Assembly: GCA_964485575.1 (NCBI GenBank)
Contig: CAZAJO010000004.1
Span: 25,307-89,306 of the forward strand
From: an uncultured Gammaproteobacteria bacterium
Lineage (GTDB): Bacteria > Patescibacteriota > Microgenomatia > Levybacterales > GWA1-39-11
Reading direction: 5' to 3'
Length of the DNA: 64,000 bases
Part shown: positions 29,001-38,607 of the stretch, one piece after another
Layout: each line of letters begins with the position of its first letter
Numbering within the stretch: the stretch's first letter is position 1
Notes under the pieces: generated by a model
Database searches by the model: none
The model's input: only the letters and a program-made list of their open reading frames with translations
Told to the model about the DNA's origin: nothing
Translations under genes and position numbers: made by a program

Positions 29001-31137
29001 GAAGAGCGCTTGTTCCGGTTATTGATGCTGAAGTTGGTGTCGTCACAGTGGGTGGAGCAGCTGTACATACTGAGAGTGCATAAACTTCTACTTCGTTAGG
29101 TGTAAAGGTACTTGTTCCGCTTAAGTAAGTGAATGCACCCTGACTGGATGGTTGCTGCCAATAACTTGAGTTATTATTATTTCCCCAGGATGTATTCAAG
29201 TTTGCACTATTAGGTGCGGCCAAATTGCCTCCACCACCCATGTAGGGTCCATAAGAACTTGCACCCAACAACATATAATCAGAGTAGTTAACCTGCGCAA
29301 GCTTATAATTGTCTGAGATACTAAAAAGCAGTGCTCCGGCACCGGCGATCCAAGAACCTGCTGAATTCCATGATTTTGGAGCATATGCTCCAAATACTTT
29401 ACTATTTGCAGAGTTTCTAATCAAAATCAATGTCGGCCCCTGATTATCAACTGCTGTATGGAAATTTGCTAGTGTCCAACCATTTACAGTTCCTTTATAA
29501 AGCAATGTTCCTTGCATTTTTGATGTACCCAAAAATCCTTTTACTGTTGTTGAGTCTGCAGAATTCGCTATACCTGATCCTGGGAAAAGACTACACGCAG
29601 TAGATGAAGTTGCAGACAATGTAAATGAAACAACAGATGAATAACCCGGACTACCTATGGAAGTTGATTGAAAACAATACACATAAGTAGCACCTGCTGT
29701 AAGCCCAGTTATTTGAGCTGACCGAGGAAAATAATTTCCATTGTTATTACCGGACGATGAATTTGATGTTGTATTTGGCAGACTGCTACATGCAGATCCT
29801 GTCGTATAAGTTGGGGATATTCCATACCGGAAGTAACCATTTGAAGAAGCTCCATAACTGTTAATACCAGCAGTCAGAACTGCTGTTGTATCGTCTACCA
29901 AAATTGCCCCATAGTTACTAACGGCAGGCACAGGAAATGTCTGCTCTCCCCCAACAGTATTGATGAATTTACCTGCACCACTACCCTGATTTTGAACTGT
30001 GTAATATTCAGTATTAAGCCACCCGGCAGTTCTTGCTACATTGGAAATTCTAACCTCATCTATGCTACCCAAAAATGCTTGCGATGTATTCCCATCATAT
30101 CTTCCACCAATACCTAATCCGTTAGTACCATCATAATTTCCCAAAGTCACACCGGGAGATGTTGAATATGCAGCCAAATTAAAATATATGTTAAATGCAG
30201 ATCCATTATAAGTAGATGCTAAATACGTCCAGGTGACATCAGATAAGCTGCTTGTAGTAGCGTACAGTGGATAAGAGGTCGTATCACTAGCAATTTGACC
30301 TCCAATTTCAGTATCGCTACCATTATTAAACTGAAGACCATAAGGGCCATAAGGACTTGCACTGTTTTGTCCGAACCAAACCGGTTTTCCCCAGGTATCT
30401 TGAGCTCCATTTCTATATACCCAAGCACTTAGTGTCACATTTGAAGGCTTAAGACTAGCATGGTTAGCTACTGTAACTCTACCGCTTGAACCGTTGGACG
30501 AGATTCCATTTCCGACTTTTCCTGCTACGCCCGTTGTTGCTCCGACATTTGTACCATTATTGGCATTTGAAGTAGAATCATTTAAATTGGCTCCCAAATG
30601 CCAAACTCCAGCATAGTTACTGCTCCAAACATCGGTCTTATTTTCTTGGGTAGAACTGATACTAGAATTTCCATAGTATACATACAAAACAGTATTTGAA
30701 CCTGAATAAAGATTTAATACTTTAACCCACATTTTAATGGTTCCTGTTGTTCCATCATAACTTTCTATCTCGTGCGATAATTTTGTACCCTCAGCATCAT
30801 CTGTAAAGATGATATCGAATCCACTTGCATTATTGACCCTTCCCCCATTAGCAGTTGTTCTTAGTTGCGAATCTGTTATAGCAACAAGAACCGGGAAATT
30901 ATTGAGAGTCGACCCACCAGGAACCTGCGACCCATCGATAGTCAACTGCTTTTTATATATATATCCTGTGTCATACCAGGCTTCGGATTTATGTACACCT
31001 AGAGGAGATGATTCATTAATGCCATCAGGTGTTAATATATTTGTGTATTGAGCAATAAAACCAATACTTAAAAAGACAAATAAAAGAAATACCTTTGATT
31101 TTTTCATACTGAATTTTTTAAATATATTTCTCTTCAT
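26002..31137 (-). CDS. Large secreted mosaic protein (DUF2341 + LamG + TLDc + FN3 + DxDxDG/Cys repeats)
   Basis: AWYDTGYIYKKQLTID...HEIESYD...MWVKV...YVYYGN; FLGSIDEVRISN; TLDc-like FHTAVDNQGPTLILI; YSYAVRAKNAAG; DADNDGY...DC repeats. Confidence 0.8.
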   Translation of the reverse strand: MKRNIFKKFSMKKSKVFLLFVFLSIGFIAQYTNILTPDGINESSPLGVHKSEAWYDTGYIYKKQLTIDGSQVPGGSTLNNFPVLVAITDSQLRTTANGGRVNNASGFDIIFTDDAEGTKLSHEIESYDGTTGTIKMWVKVLNLYSGSNTVLYVYYGNSSISSTQENKTDVWSSNYAGVWHLGANLNDSTSNANNGTNVGATTGVAGKVGNGISSNGSSGRVTVANHASLKPSNVTLSAWVYRNGAQDTWGKPVWFGQNSASPYGPYGLQFNNGSDTEIGGQIASDTTSYPLYATTSSLSDVTWTYLASTYNGSAFNIYFNLAAYSTSPGVTLGNYDGTNGLGIGGRYDGNTSQAFLGSIDEVRISNVARTAGWLNTEYYTVQNQGSGAGKFINTVGGEQTFPVPAVSNYGAILVDDTTAVLTAGINSYGASSNGYFRYGISPTYTTGSACSSLPNTTSNSSSGNNNGNYFPRSAQITGLTAGATYVYCFQSTSIGSPGYSSVVSFTLSATSSTACSLFPGSGIANSADSTTVKGFLGTSKMQGTLLYKGTVNGWTLANFHTAVDNQGPTLILIRNSANSKVFGAYAPKSWNSAGSWIAGAGALLFSISDNYKLAQVNYSDYMLLGASSYGPYMGGGGNLAAPNSANLNTSWGNNNNSSYWQQPSSQGAFTYLSGTSTFTPNEVEVYALSVCTAAPPTVTTPTSASITGTSALLGGTVTSAGTQAIDARGICYSVTTTNSNPQSGGTGVTCTPEGGTATTGFTQTISGLTQNTGYSFVAYAHNSVGYGYSNVGTFTTLNVNPTGVDTNSPTGINSYYVTLSGVANPNSSASTGHFRVYTTTPGNCNSDSLGIRYPQSSGNDVVIGADSSPHTFTYTIPPNANTFLEPNTQYWYCSFAINTNGTTGGATVATFTTGDGPASPCDPPASGNLTIPASATCNLNGNFNGVDTGSGTTNTGSLILSTTAQMTIGPSQQVAFGSFQLQKPNSSLVIARGGSLKKGGVFVHDKDGDGILDDKTQYVGSTPSAASEFVRRNTLSTNYNYAWKMASASASVDCNPNNAYTFRTIDGLVTDADNDGYKTSAAAAAQCVGTPTQVSGRTYYKDTSNANTWLPDGQKLSATTDCQDNPSGAPCAPSSFSATAPVYNRVDASWSGTQVGGAVPAITNGYDLLRCNGNCTPSATLNSTASTSLSDSTVSQTTNYSYAVRAKNAAGAGAISNVVNLTTPASCTNTTVYSDNDLDGHGNNGPSFTNGITTKASISSGTTLTINKPADIVDGMFMIAVVEHEGGSNRTVSAPAGGGTWNLVRSSYNGTNTGLDVWYKYASGEGASYAFTLSSSTGASQGFITSFSNVATSAPIRAAGSYNSVSDASIAYTAGDLYLQVGGSNSGSSSKVFYSAPGFGDELYSDYFIQYASNDSLVGVYRKYNGNKATYWAQFNQSSPGGTTILGINMSIKPLAQTSQVQCLTGAPASGWSTDNTDCDDTTSSYYQMLSTGYPDNDSDGVNPSFQSQICSGASLRPGVSVSSGTDCAQSGNNGDNNNYDDGGKWQNITGYSDADNDTYTTGGSQSVCSGSSLAYGYRASASGTADCYDLNANVFPGQTLYFSTPTGSGLNGDYDYDCNNSSVKESVDYCTGTTTGSGWIKDNNGTGVCTSVGSILYCTGHTVGQHPSACGASAPSNQGTYSLTDFNWYFTNSGCTSQVSPSHSYNVACH

Positions 31138-31138
31138 A

Positions 31139-31546
31139 TTAATTTATTGTTATAGTTCCAATTTTTTTGTTATTTTTGAGATTTACAACTGACAACTCCC
31201 CAACCTTACCAAAAACAGGACCTCCTACTGACTTACCAGCAGGAATGATAATTTTGTCAATATTTATTACACCCTGAAGTGAAATGGTCATTTCCTCAGT
31301 TGTACTATTTGTAAAAATAATTGTTTTATCTTTTAGTACATCTACAATTACTGGTAGCATCCCAGCTTCATTAATTATTACTGAAGCCTTGTATTCCTTT
31401 GGGATATTTGTTTTAACTACATCCGATGTTTTTACTACATCTGTATTAACTATTTTTCCATCATCTTTTTTAAGGTACCAAAATATACCTCCGGTCAGAA
31501 TTATTATTCCTCCCAAAAATATTATTGCTAATGTTCTTGTATTCAT
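31139..31546 (-). CDS. Membrane-anchored protein, cupredoxin-like fold possible
   Basis: N-terminal TM; beta-rich pattern similar to 32493-33017. Confidence 0.55.
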   Translation of the reverse strand: MNTRTLAIIFLGGIIILTGGIFWYLKKDDGKIVNTDVVKTSDVVKTNIPKEYKASVIINEAGMLPVIVDVLKDKTIIFTNSTTEEMTISLQGVINIDKIIIPAGKSVGGPVFGKVGELSVVNLKNNKKIGTITIN

Positions 31547-31551
31547 AGTAT

Positions 31552-32496
31552 TTATTGATTCGCTCTTATTGACCCTGTTTGGGTATTCCCACGATCATCT
31601 GTTCCTATAATGTCATATCCATAGTGAGTATATGTGTCAGTTACCTGCCAGGTCCCCGTCCAAGTTCCACTCTGAGCGGTTCCACCTGTCCTTGATAGTG
31701 TGAATTCACGTGCATCTCCATCTGAATAAAGGATTGCCTTCATTGATGTAATGTTACCAACTGTGTCGTCAGCAAGAACCTGTATTGATTGTGCCATACC
31801 AATAGTCTGATATAACGGCATGACGGTGACTTGATAGATATCGGGGTTGACTCCTGCTTGATTTCCTAAGTTGTAAGTGACCGATCCTACTGGTGGTGTT
31901 GGGGTTGGGGTTGGAGTTGCTGATGGCAATGGTGTTGGTGTTGGAGTTGGACTGATAGACTCAATTCCACCTGCAATCGAAGCAGCTGAGGCAAGAGCAC
32001 TACAATTTACTGCTCCTGACAGGGTACATGCCCATACACCACTGGTATATCCGCTAGGTGTACAGTTGGATAATGATGAAAGTGGACAGACATTTGTCAG
32101 AGCCGAAGATTTACTAACCTGAGCAAATATTACATTCCATTGTGGACAAGAAGCAGCTGACTCAGTCCTATATTTATAACACTCACCATTCCCACCATTA
32201 CATTTAGGATCCTGTGGGACCTTCTTCATATAAGTAGTTGCATTGACTTTCCACTCCTGACCGAAAGGAAGTTGAGATGGATAACACTTTGTATCGTTGT
32301 AGTAAAGGTCTACTGCTGTCTTTATAGCTTGAATGTCAGCGAGTCTTTGAGAGTCCTGACCTTTATTTATTTGAGCGATAGGATTTAGGGTCAAAAGTAC
32401 TCCTCCAATGAGTGTTGCTAGTATAGTTCCTGCAACTAATACCTCAACGAGGGTAAATCCGAATTTTTTTTGTGATTGGGCAGTTTTTATATTCAT
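31552..32496 (-). CDS. Type IV pilin / GspG-like protein with PT linker and C-terminal Ig-like domain
   Basis: Class III signal KKFG|FTLVEVLV; DSQRLADIQAIKTAVDLYYND...YP; VPQDP; PTPTP linker. Confidence 0.88.
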   Translation of the reverse strand: MNIKTAQSQKKFGFTLVEVLVAGTILATLIGGVLLTLNPIAQINKGQDSQRLADIQAIKTAVDLYYNDTKCYPSQLPFGQEWKVNATTYMKKVPQDPKCNGGNGECYKYRTESAASCPQWNVIFAQVSKSSALTNVCPLSSLSNCTPSGYTSGVWACTLSGAVNCSALASAASIAGGIESISPTPTPTPLPSATPTPTPTPPVGSVTYNLGNQAGVNPDIYQVTVMPLYQTIGMAQSIQVLADDTVGNITSMKAILYSDGDAREFTLSRTGGTAQSGTWTGTWQVTDTYTHYGYDIIGTDDRGNTQTGSIRANQ

Positions 32497-33017
32497 TTTA
32501 TAATGATTATTCCAGTCATTTCTGGATTTGCTTTGTTGCGATATGTATATGTACCAGGAGTGTTGAACCTAACCTCTTTCAAATCACTTGGCTCAAGCGT
32601 TCCTATGTTAAGGATCTTACTATTCTCATCATTTGCCTCAATCGTGATTGCGTCTGCGTCAATATTAAGAAATGATATAAATCCCTCTTTTGGAATTGTA
32701 GCAACATTTGGATTGAACCTTCTTGAACTTACCATGACAGTTGTATTGACGATTGGTGGGATGGTTGGATAAGGAGTATTTGTAGTTGTATTCATTGGTA
32801 CGGAAGGAGTATTTTCGACTGAAACGTTATTCTGTTTTCCTTTACCAAATAGTACGATGATCGAAAGGAGAAGAAAAACAATAATACCTGCAACAAGTAT
32901 TCCCATGATGATCTTCTCGTTCTTGTTCATAGATTTCTTGACTTCACTACCGATAAACCCCTCTTGAGAATGGTTTGATTGAGGATGTGCTTTATGTTCA
33001 TGTCTTCTTCTTAACAT
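32493..33017 (-). CDS. Membrane-anchored cupredoxin-like domain protein
   Basis: TM; FNPNVATI...FLN...RFNTPGTYTY...MTGIII; Cu-binding Cys/His absent. Confidence 0.7.
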   Translation of the reverse strand: MLRRRHEHKAHPQSNHSQEGFIGSEVKKSMNKNEKIIMGILVAGIIVFLLLSIIVLFGKGKQNNVSVENTPSVPMNTTTNTPYPTIPPIVNTTVMVSSRRFNPNVATIPKEGFISFLNIDADAITIEANDENSKILNIGTLEPSDLKEVRFNTPGTYTYRNKANPEMTGIIIIK

Positions 33018-33395
33018 AAATAAATTCTATACAGCAAAAAACCCTTTTCAGGCTTATATACCTATTTAGTATATGTACGTTTTTTTTCCCTTGTCAAGCC
33101 CTTCAAATTAGGGCGCAGTGCCGGCATCTTTTGATGGGCGGTGCAAGCACATATTTTGCTCAAAAATGATTAATTTTACCTATTACAAAGAGTGTATAAA
33201 TACTCATAAATATATAAGACTATATCTTTTAGTACTACAATCTAACACTTTTAATCGCATCTACTCTTCCTATATATGTAATGTTATTGAGTTAGTTTGA
33301 ATTATTGACATCCATTCAGCTACTTTGCTAATGTGGAATATACCCTTATTTTCTTGTTCAGCTTTTTTTCAGGAAAAGCATAGTAATCTAAATAT

Positions 33396-35564
33396 ATGAG
33401 TAAATCGGTTTTATCATTTTTATCATCAGTTGCCACCATTATCACGGCAACTCTCTTTCTTTTGTTTCCGCTATTCTTCTTGACGATAACTACAGATTTC
33501 TTCACATTTCCAAAACAAATATTGATCGTTATTGGATCGTTACTTCTGTTAGTTCTTTGGGGTATAAAAGTTGTAGTTGAAAAAAGAATCACCTTTCTTC
33601 TCAATCCTCTCAATTTACCTATCCTTCTTTTTGGGCTCGTTCTTATTCTTTCAACCTTCTTCTCCTTGTCGTCTCAGGACGCTGTACTCCAATCTGTACC
33701 GGTCATTCTCCTTTGCGTACTTTTTGTAACAACCGTCAATTTCATCACTGAGAAGTCATCATTTACGATAGTAGTAACCTCCCTTATTATTGGAAGTGCT
33801 CTTTCTACTCTTTTAAGTATCTTTTCCTACTTCAATATATATCTACTTCCTTTTGAGGCTATAAAAAATCCAGGGTTTAACACTCACGGCTCTCCAGTCC
33901 AATACGCTGCTTTTTTGATCCCATTACTAATCCTTTGCGTTGCCTCACTCCTTGATATTGTCAAGAAAGGTAAGTTGAAGTCAATTACCAAAGATTACTC
34001 ATATATTCTTCAGCTTGTATCGGCTGTAATTTTTGCAGTCGGCCTTGGAATAGTTATCTTCCAGATCGTATCTGCACCTCAAAAACCGATTCTTCTACCT
34101 TTCAATCACGGTTTTCAGGTAGCATTTGCGACAATTAGTCAGGATGTTCCTCAAAGACTTGCCCAATCATTACTTCTGGGGAGTGGATATGGGACGTTCT
34201 CGACTGATTTTACACGATATGTATCTCCAGCTTTTAACACACTTTCCTTTTGGAATCTAACATTTGCTTTCTCATCCTCTTATGTTTTGGAGATATTGGC
34301 AACTACTGGTATATTGGGGCTTTTTACTTTTGCCTTCATTTTCCTGAATTTCTTGAGAAGCAAAGCCGCACCATCAAATCCGCTGTTCCTTTCGACACTT
34401 GCCGTCTTTATCATGACTCTTCTTATTCCATTCTCTTATTCTTTGGTTTTTCTTCTATTCGCACTATTGAGTCTATTTGTGTGCTACAGAGCGATAGCCA
34501 GGGCTAAAGGATTTGATAGTATCGCACTCAATCTAGTGGCATTGCGTCAAGGCCTTATCTCAGTTACTGAGGAGGGAGCAAAGAAAAATAAAGAGAACTT
34601 AGTACTACCAGCAATCGTTTTGGCAGTAACCGTCTTGATTGCTGCATTTGTGCTTTTCTACCTGACTGGGACGGGTGCAACACCAAGAAAAGGCTATTTA
34701 TCCCTTATCAGCTCTGATATCAAATTTGCAAAGTCCTTCTCCCAAGAAGCATTAAGATCCGGAACTCAAACATATAACCTGGAGACGCAAGCAATTTCTG
34801 AATATCCATACAGAAGCGACTATTACAGACTGTTCTCTCAAATCAATCTTGCACTTGCCGCAAACATAGTAACAGCACAACAAGGCAGAAAGCCATCAGA
34901 AGACGTGCAAAATAATATCATTGCCCTTCTTCAACAAAGCATTAACAGTGCAAGACAAGCAGTAACCTTGTCTCCTCTTTCATCAGTCAATTGGCAAAAT
35001 CTAGGCCAAATCTATAGAAATCTCATCGGAGTTGGCCAGAATGCTGAACAATTCGCGGTCGCCTCGTACAATCAGGCATCAACGCTCAATCCCTCAAATC
35101 CAAGCCTTAGAATAGAGCTTGGTGGAATATATTACCAACTAAAACAATGGGATCTAGCACAAAATCAATTCAATATCGCTCAACAACTAAAAGCAGATTA
35201 TCCAAATGCATACTACAACCTTGGTCATGTTTATGAGGAAAAAGGAGACCTTCAGAATGCTTTGATCCAATATAGAACGGTTGCTCAGCTCGTAGCCAAT
35301 GACAAGCCAAATCTTGACAAAATCAATGGTGAGATCAAAGCGTTAGAGGATAAAATCGGCCAAGCAGAGGCTCAAAACGCAGAAACAAAGCAACCCGCAA
35401 CAGATACTACACCACTTGGAGTAGATAAGCCTCAAACTGAATTCCCACCAAAAAATCCTAAGGAAACCATTCCAGCTCCTCCAAAAGGTGTTGTGACTCC
35501 AAAACCAACAGCTACTGTTACACCAGCTCCTACAGTTGAGGTTTCTCCAACACCAGTTAACTAA
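33396..35564 (+). CDS. Polytopic membrane protein (O-antigen ligase-like) with C-terminal TPR repeats
   Basis: About 12 TM; LLGSGYGTF and LATTGILG motifs; TPRs NWQNLGQIY, NAYYNLGHVY; Pro/Thr tail. Confidence 0.75.
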   Translation: MSKSVLSFLSSVATIITATLFLLFPLFFLTITTDFFTFPKQILIVIGSLLLLVLWGIKVVVEKRITFLLNPLNLPILLFGLVLILSTFFSLSSQDAVLQSVPVILLCVLFVTTVNFITEKSSFTIVVTSLIIGSALSTLLSIFSYFNIYLLPFEAIKNPGFNTHGSPVQYAAFLIPLLILCVASLLDIVKKGKLKSITKDYSYILQLVSAVIFAVGLGIVIFQIVSAPQKPILLPFNHGFQVAFATISQDVPQRLAQSLLLGSGYGTFSTDFTRYVSPAFNTLSFWNLTFAFSSSYVLEILATTGILGLFTFAFIFLNFLRSKAAPSNPLFLSTLAVFIMTLLIPFSYSLVFLLFALLSLFVCYRAIARAKGFDSIALNLVALRQGLISVTEEGAKKNKENLVLPAIVLAVTVLIAAFVLFYLTGTGATPRKGYLSLISSDIKFAKSFSQEALRSGTQTYNLETQAISEYPYRSDYYRLFSQINLALAANIVTAQQGRKPSEDVQNNIIALLQQSINSARQAVTLSPLSSVNWQNLGQIYRNLIGVGQNAEQFAVASYNQASTLNPSNPSLRIELGGIYYQLKQWDLAQNQFNIAQQLKADYPNAYYNLGHVYEEKGDLQNALIQYRTVAQLVANDKPNLDKINGEIKALEDKIGQAEAQNAETKQPATDTTPLGVDKPQTEFPPKNPKETIPAPPKGVVTPKPTATVTPAPTVEVSPTPVN

Positions 35565-35586
35565 AGTTAATAGTAAAAATTCCTTG

Positions 35587-35760
35587 ATCGTCGATTGCAG
35601 TTCTGAACTTGAGATTTAGATTGAGCGAACGTCTCGACAGCCGAAAAGGCGGAGTGTATTCACGAAGTCCGGGCTGTAGTGAAAGAATGAGAAATCGAAC
35701 GTTCTAGACTGCTCCTCGACGAGAGCTTTTTGTTCTTTTCTCGGAAGAAAAGAACAAAAG
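35587..35760 (+). repeat. Dispersed structured repeat family B, copy 1 (about 174 bp)
   Basis: Highly similar to 47555-47727; ends in the hairpin GTTCTTTTCT-CGGA-AGAAAAGAAC. Confidence 0.9.
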
Positions 35761-35807
35761 ATAGAATTAATGTAGGAAGCTCAGCGGGTCGTTTCGCAAC
35801 CCATTGT

Positions 35808-36983
35808 CTAATGTAAAAATGACAAAGGGTTGTAGAAAGTACCGCCACTTCTGACTTCGAAATGAAGATGGGCACCTGTTGTTCTACCTGTCAAACCCAC
35901 CCAACCTACCACGGTCTGCCCTGCAACCACGCTTTGTCCAGAACTTACATTTAATCCACTCATGTGTGCATAGAGTGTCTGATACCCATTGCTTCCACTT
36001 ACAATAACATGCGTTCCATATCCATAATTCCATCCTCCAGCGACTGCATAACTGACTGTTCCGCTTGAAGCTGCGACAACTGGGGTTCCAACAGGTGCTC
36101 CAATATCAATTCCTTGGTGGTACCAACTATAGTATTGGTTCATGGTTCCCTGTACTGGCCACGCAAACCCGGATCCTGAGACAGAAACTGATCCTGAAGG
36201 TATAAATGTGCGCCGCGCTATGTAAGTTGGAGCCGACCTCGGCGGAACTCCTTCAGGCACAATAAGGGTTTGACCTATGACAAGTGAAAAGGTCTGTGGA
36301 TCTGCAAAATCATTGAATGGAAAATCAACTATTCCCTGTGCATTCGTGCTGTATTTCTTAGCAATTGTGTAAATTGTATCTCCTGAAGTCACTTTATGAG
36401 CTACTCCGCTTACTGGAAGTATCTGCAAAGTGTCTCCTACTGTTATATCATCGTCAGTCAAATCATTCTGCCAACGTACAGTATCTTCAGATACTGCAAA
36501 TTTCTTGGCAATTCCAGACAATGTGTCTCCCTTCTGGACAGTATAGGTAATGATCTCTGATCTAGGTTTGTCTGAAAGCTGGGTATGAAATACGTCTTGA
36601 GGTGCAAGACTTTGCTTTTGCTCTGAGATATCTTGGGCAAAAGAAAGAAGGTTTTTATCTTTTGAAAAAGGGTTTTGGTCTGTGATGAACGGGGAAATAA
36701 GCACACCAAAAGAAAGAACAGCCATGGCTGCAACATGAAGGAAAAACCGATTGCGCTTGCCGCGCTTTATCAAAATAGATTTAACGACGGTATTTTTGTT
36801 CTTCTCAAAGATGTTGGAGAAGAACATTACCTTGTCTTTTGTGTATGTCGAAAGGAACAAAAGAAAGCTCCCAAACTCACTTTTGAGGTAAGAAAGCGAT
36901 TTTAAAGCATTTTTGAAAAACGAGGGTTTTTTTGCTCCTGTATGAACTTTGCCCAATGAGGGGGCCATCTTGTGACGATTCAT
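35808..36983 (-). CDS. LysM + M23 family peptidase
   Basis: YTVQKGDTLSGIAKKF, HKVTSGDTIYTIAKKY, HQGIDI, YAHM, HLHFEV. Confidence 0.93.
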   Translation of the reverse strand: MNRHKMAPSLGKVHTGAKKPSFFKNALKSLSYLKSEFGSFLLFLSTYTKDKVMFFSNIFEKNKNTVVKSILIKRGKRNRFFLHVAAMAVLSFGVLISPFITDQNPFSKDKNLLSFAQDISEQKQSLAPQDVFHTQLSDKPRSEIITYTVQKGDTLSGIAKKFAVSEDTVRWQNDLTDDDITVGDTLQILPVSGVAHKVTSGDTIYTIAKKYSTNAQGIVDFPFNDFADPQTFSLVIGQTLIVPEGVPPRSAPTYIARRTFIPSGSVSVSGSGFAWPVQGTMNQYYSWYHQGIDIGAPVGTPVVAASSGTVSYAVAGGWNYGYGTHVIVSGSNGYQTLYAHMSGLNVSSGQSVVAGQTVVGWVGLTGRTTGAHLHFEVRSGGTFYNPLSFLH

Positions 36984-37030
36984 GGAAGTCTAAGTGTACC
37001 AAATGAGGTATGTGGAAGCAAGTTTTGTAC

Positions 37031-38569
37031 TCACTCTAGGTACGTTTCAAGTTGTTTGAATGCTTTGTTAGCACTCAATTTGCGAAGTGCCCTTGCTTCT
37101 ATTTGCCGGATCCTTTCACGGCTTACACCAAATTTCTTTCCTATTTCTTCTAAAGTGTGTTCATGACCATCTATAAATCCGAATCGTAGATCTAATATAA
37201 CTCGTTCTCTCTTACTGCACACTCTTACAGCAATCTCAGACATCTTTTCTCTTAGTTCTTTTCTTTGAGCTTCATTTATAAACGAATTTGACTGAGGATC
37301 TGCAACAAAATCACCAAGCGTACCCTCTGAATCGGAAAACAATCTTCTATCTAGAGAGCCTATACCTAACGCTGCGAATCCACTTTTGACTGTTTCACTA
37401 GCTTCCTCTAATTTGCCGTCTTTTAATGCTTTCATCATAGCTTCATAAGTTTGGGAAGGAATACGTATGTCGCGTGATTTATCTGTCAATGCTCTTATCA
37501 TTGATTGTCGGATCCACGCTGTTGCATATGTAGAGAACCTAAATCCCTTTCTATAATCAAAATAGGCAGCCGCAACACTAAGACCAATCATTCCTTCCGA
37601 AGTTAAATCCTCAACACCAAAACTAGTTCTCCTATATCTGGTTGCATTAGATAGAACCAAACGGTAATTTCTCATAACTAATTCATCAAATGCTATTTCC
37701 CCCTCAGAGAGATCATTTTTGTATTGTTCAAATAGTTTTTGAAGCTCCTGTTCCCTATCTTCTTTGATCTCTATATCAAGTATTTCTTGAATTTTCTTAT
37801 TGATCTGATCAGTTAAGGCTAAACCTACTTCAGGTAAAGGAGTGTGTTCATCTCTTTCTTCTCCTTCATCCTTCTGATTTCCTGATTTCTCTCTAGCGGA
37901 AAAATGACTTAATAAAAATTTTGCCCTATTACTTCCTAACGCTTTTTCTATGATATCAAGACTTTCTTCGTTCAATCCCTGTCTATCAATTCTTTTGAAA
38001 GCAAATAATATTAACTTAGACCACTGTATTTTTGAACCCAAGATCATCTGCTCTTGCAGCTCTGGAAATTCAACTTGACCAAAAAATGATGCGAGTTTTG
38101 TTATCTCACTATCAGACTCAAACATAGCCAAATCAAGCGATTCCTCTCGAGTTAAAACAACAGATTTTTCAATTATAGGAACCTCACCTGTAGGTCTTTT
38201 AACTTTTGGGCGATAAGGTGCATTCCTTGGACTTGAATTAACTCTTCTTGAAGGTACCTCGTTCTGAGACCTAATAAATTGCTTCACTTCATCTAATACT
38301 GAGGGTTGGTAAATTTCATCTCCAAAAAATTCTGTGGAGCTTTGTTTTCTAAATCGTCTTAGTGCATCACTCAACTGACTTAAATCAGCAATGCCCAAGT
38401 AATCCATAGCCTGTTGCTTCACTTCAGATAATGGCACTTTACCACCTGTAGTATATGGCAATACTTGCTCAGAAGGATTCAAACCTAAATTAATTTCAGG
38501 AACTTGATTTGCTTGGTTTTCAGGAATTTTGTCTGGCGGAATATCTTGGATGGCTTGTTCTGGATTCAT
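37031..38569 (-). CDS. Divergent RpoD-like sigma70 factor with long N-terminal extension
   Basis: NYRLVLSNATRY, FDYRKGFRFSTYATAWIRQ, TLEEIGKKFGVSRERIRQIEARALRKL. Confidence 0.9.
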   Translation of the reverse strand: MNPEQAIQDIPPDKIPENQANQVPEINLGLNPSEQVLPYTTGGKVPLSEVKQQAMDYLGIADLSQLSDALRRFRKQSSTEFFGDEIYQPSVLDEVKQFIRSQNEVPSRRVNSSPRNAPYRPKVKRPTGEVPIIEKSVVLTREESLDLAMFESDSEITKLASFFGQVEFPELQEQMILGSKIQWSKLILFAFKRIDRQGLNEESLDIIEKALGSNRAKFLLSHFSAREKSGNQKDEGEERDEHTPLPEVGLALTDQINKKIQEILDIEIKEDREQELQKLFEQYKNDLSEGEIAFDELVMRNYRLVLSNATRYRRTSFGVEDLTSEGMIGLSVAAAYFDYRKGFRFSTYATAWIRQSMIRALTDKSRDIRIPSQTYEAMMKALKDGKLEEASETVKSGFAALGIGSLDRRLFSDSEGTLGDFVADPQSNSFINEAQRKELREKMSEIAVRVCSKRERVILDLRFGFIDGHEHTLEEIGKKFGVSRERIRQIEARALRKLSANKAFKQLETYLE

Positions 38570-38607
38570 TGAGCCAATTATAGCAACGATTTACTGCTAA
38601 AACAGGG

